Source: an uncultured Gammaproteobacteria bacterium
Lineage (GTDB): Bacteria; Patescibacteriota; Microgenomatia; UBA10105; UBA927
Length of the DNA stretch: 64,000 nt
Reading direction: 5' to 3'
Assembly: GCA_964349125.1 (NCBI GenBank)
Contig: CAYGFH010000002.1
Span: forward strand, 174,484 to 238,483
The DNA itself: not shown here
Content: more notes on this DNA, generated by a model
What the model was told of the DNA's origin: nothing
Seen by the model: only the letters and a program-made list of their open reading frames with translations
Database searches by the model: none
How positions within the stretch are numbered: position 1 is the stretch's first letter

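Noticed and set aside
1-64000. Search for tRNA/rRNA, CRISPR repeats, IS or transposase ORFs, and integrase or att-like direct repeats at the gene boundaries
   Set aside because: There is no non-coding space apart from 31358-31946. That spacer contains no periodic repeats or tRNA-like structure, and no transposase-like ORF exists on either strand.

Overview
The window is almost entirely coding (about 98 percent) and is occupied by two co-oriented giant genes on the minus strand, each over 10,000 codons and each truncated by a window edge. No rRNA, tRNA, CRISPR array or mobile element was seen.

Gene A (upstream) has its stop at 31947-31949. Its frame is still open at nt 64000, so the in-window Met at 63869 is not the true start. 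About 10,680 codons are visible.

Gene B (downstream) starts at an ATG in the range 31357-31528 and runs off the window past nt 1. About 10,450 codons are visible.

The two genes are separated by an AT-rich intergenic region of about 400-590 bp. It carries a hairpin plus T-run on the minus strand that looks like a terminator, and presumably the gene B promoter.

Both proteins are mosaics. Long helical or coiled-coil stretches, Pro-rich linkers and hydrophobic anchors are interspersed with short segments that carry textbook catalytic signatures of unrelated enzyme families.

Gene B signatures read directly from the DNA:
- an N-terminal signal-anchor helix
- a Pol-beta-type nucleotidyltransferase motif (GSSGRHTNVIGDYDFDF, then IDLDIG about 55 aa later)
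- a protein-kinase-like segment (Gly-loop FGSGATGAVF, beta3 Lys in LAVKF, catalytic loop HNDIYKPN)
- a GGDEF-like nucleotide-cyclase palm motif (VDF...GMVGGDMLL...RAGISGDEYLII)
- a gluzincin signature (HEAGH plus NEAWNEG)
- a GNAT motif A (VSPTTRGGGLGRLL)

Gene A signatures read from the ORF-track protein:
- a Cys-rich N-terminal region
- an Ala-rich hydrophobic anchor
- a roughly 850 aa coiled-coil stalk
- calcineurin-like metallophosphatase motifs (GDYMDRG...GNHE)
- an internal polytopic Trp-rich membrane block of about 590 aa
- two HExxH sites (HERLH and HEFGH)
- an alpha/beta-hydrolase pair (IFIHGF then GHSYG)

This architecture resembles a pair of giant multi-effector or polymorphic-toxin-like surface proteins. 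It is comparable in scale to the giant genes reported from candidate phyla such as Omnitrophota, but with an unusually dense payload of signalling and PTM-type enzyme motifs.

Coordinates of sub-features are approximate (plus or minus a few nt). GC is about 43-45 percent in coding sequence and about 28 percent in the intergenic region.
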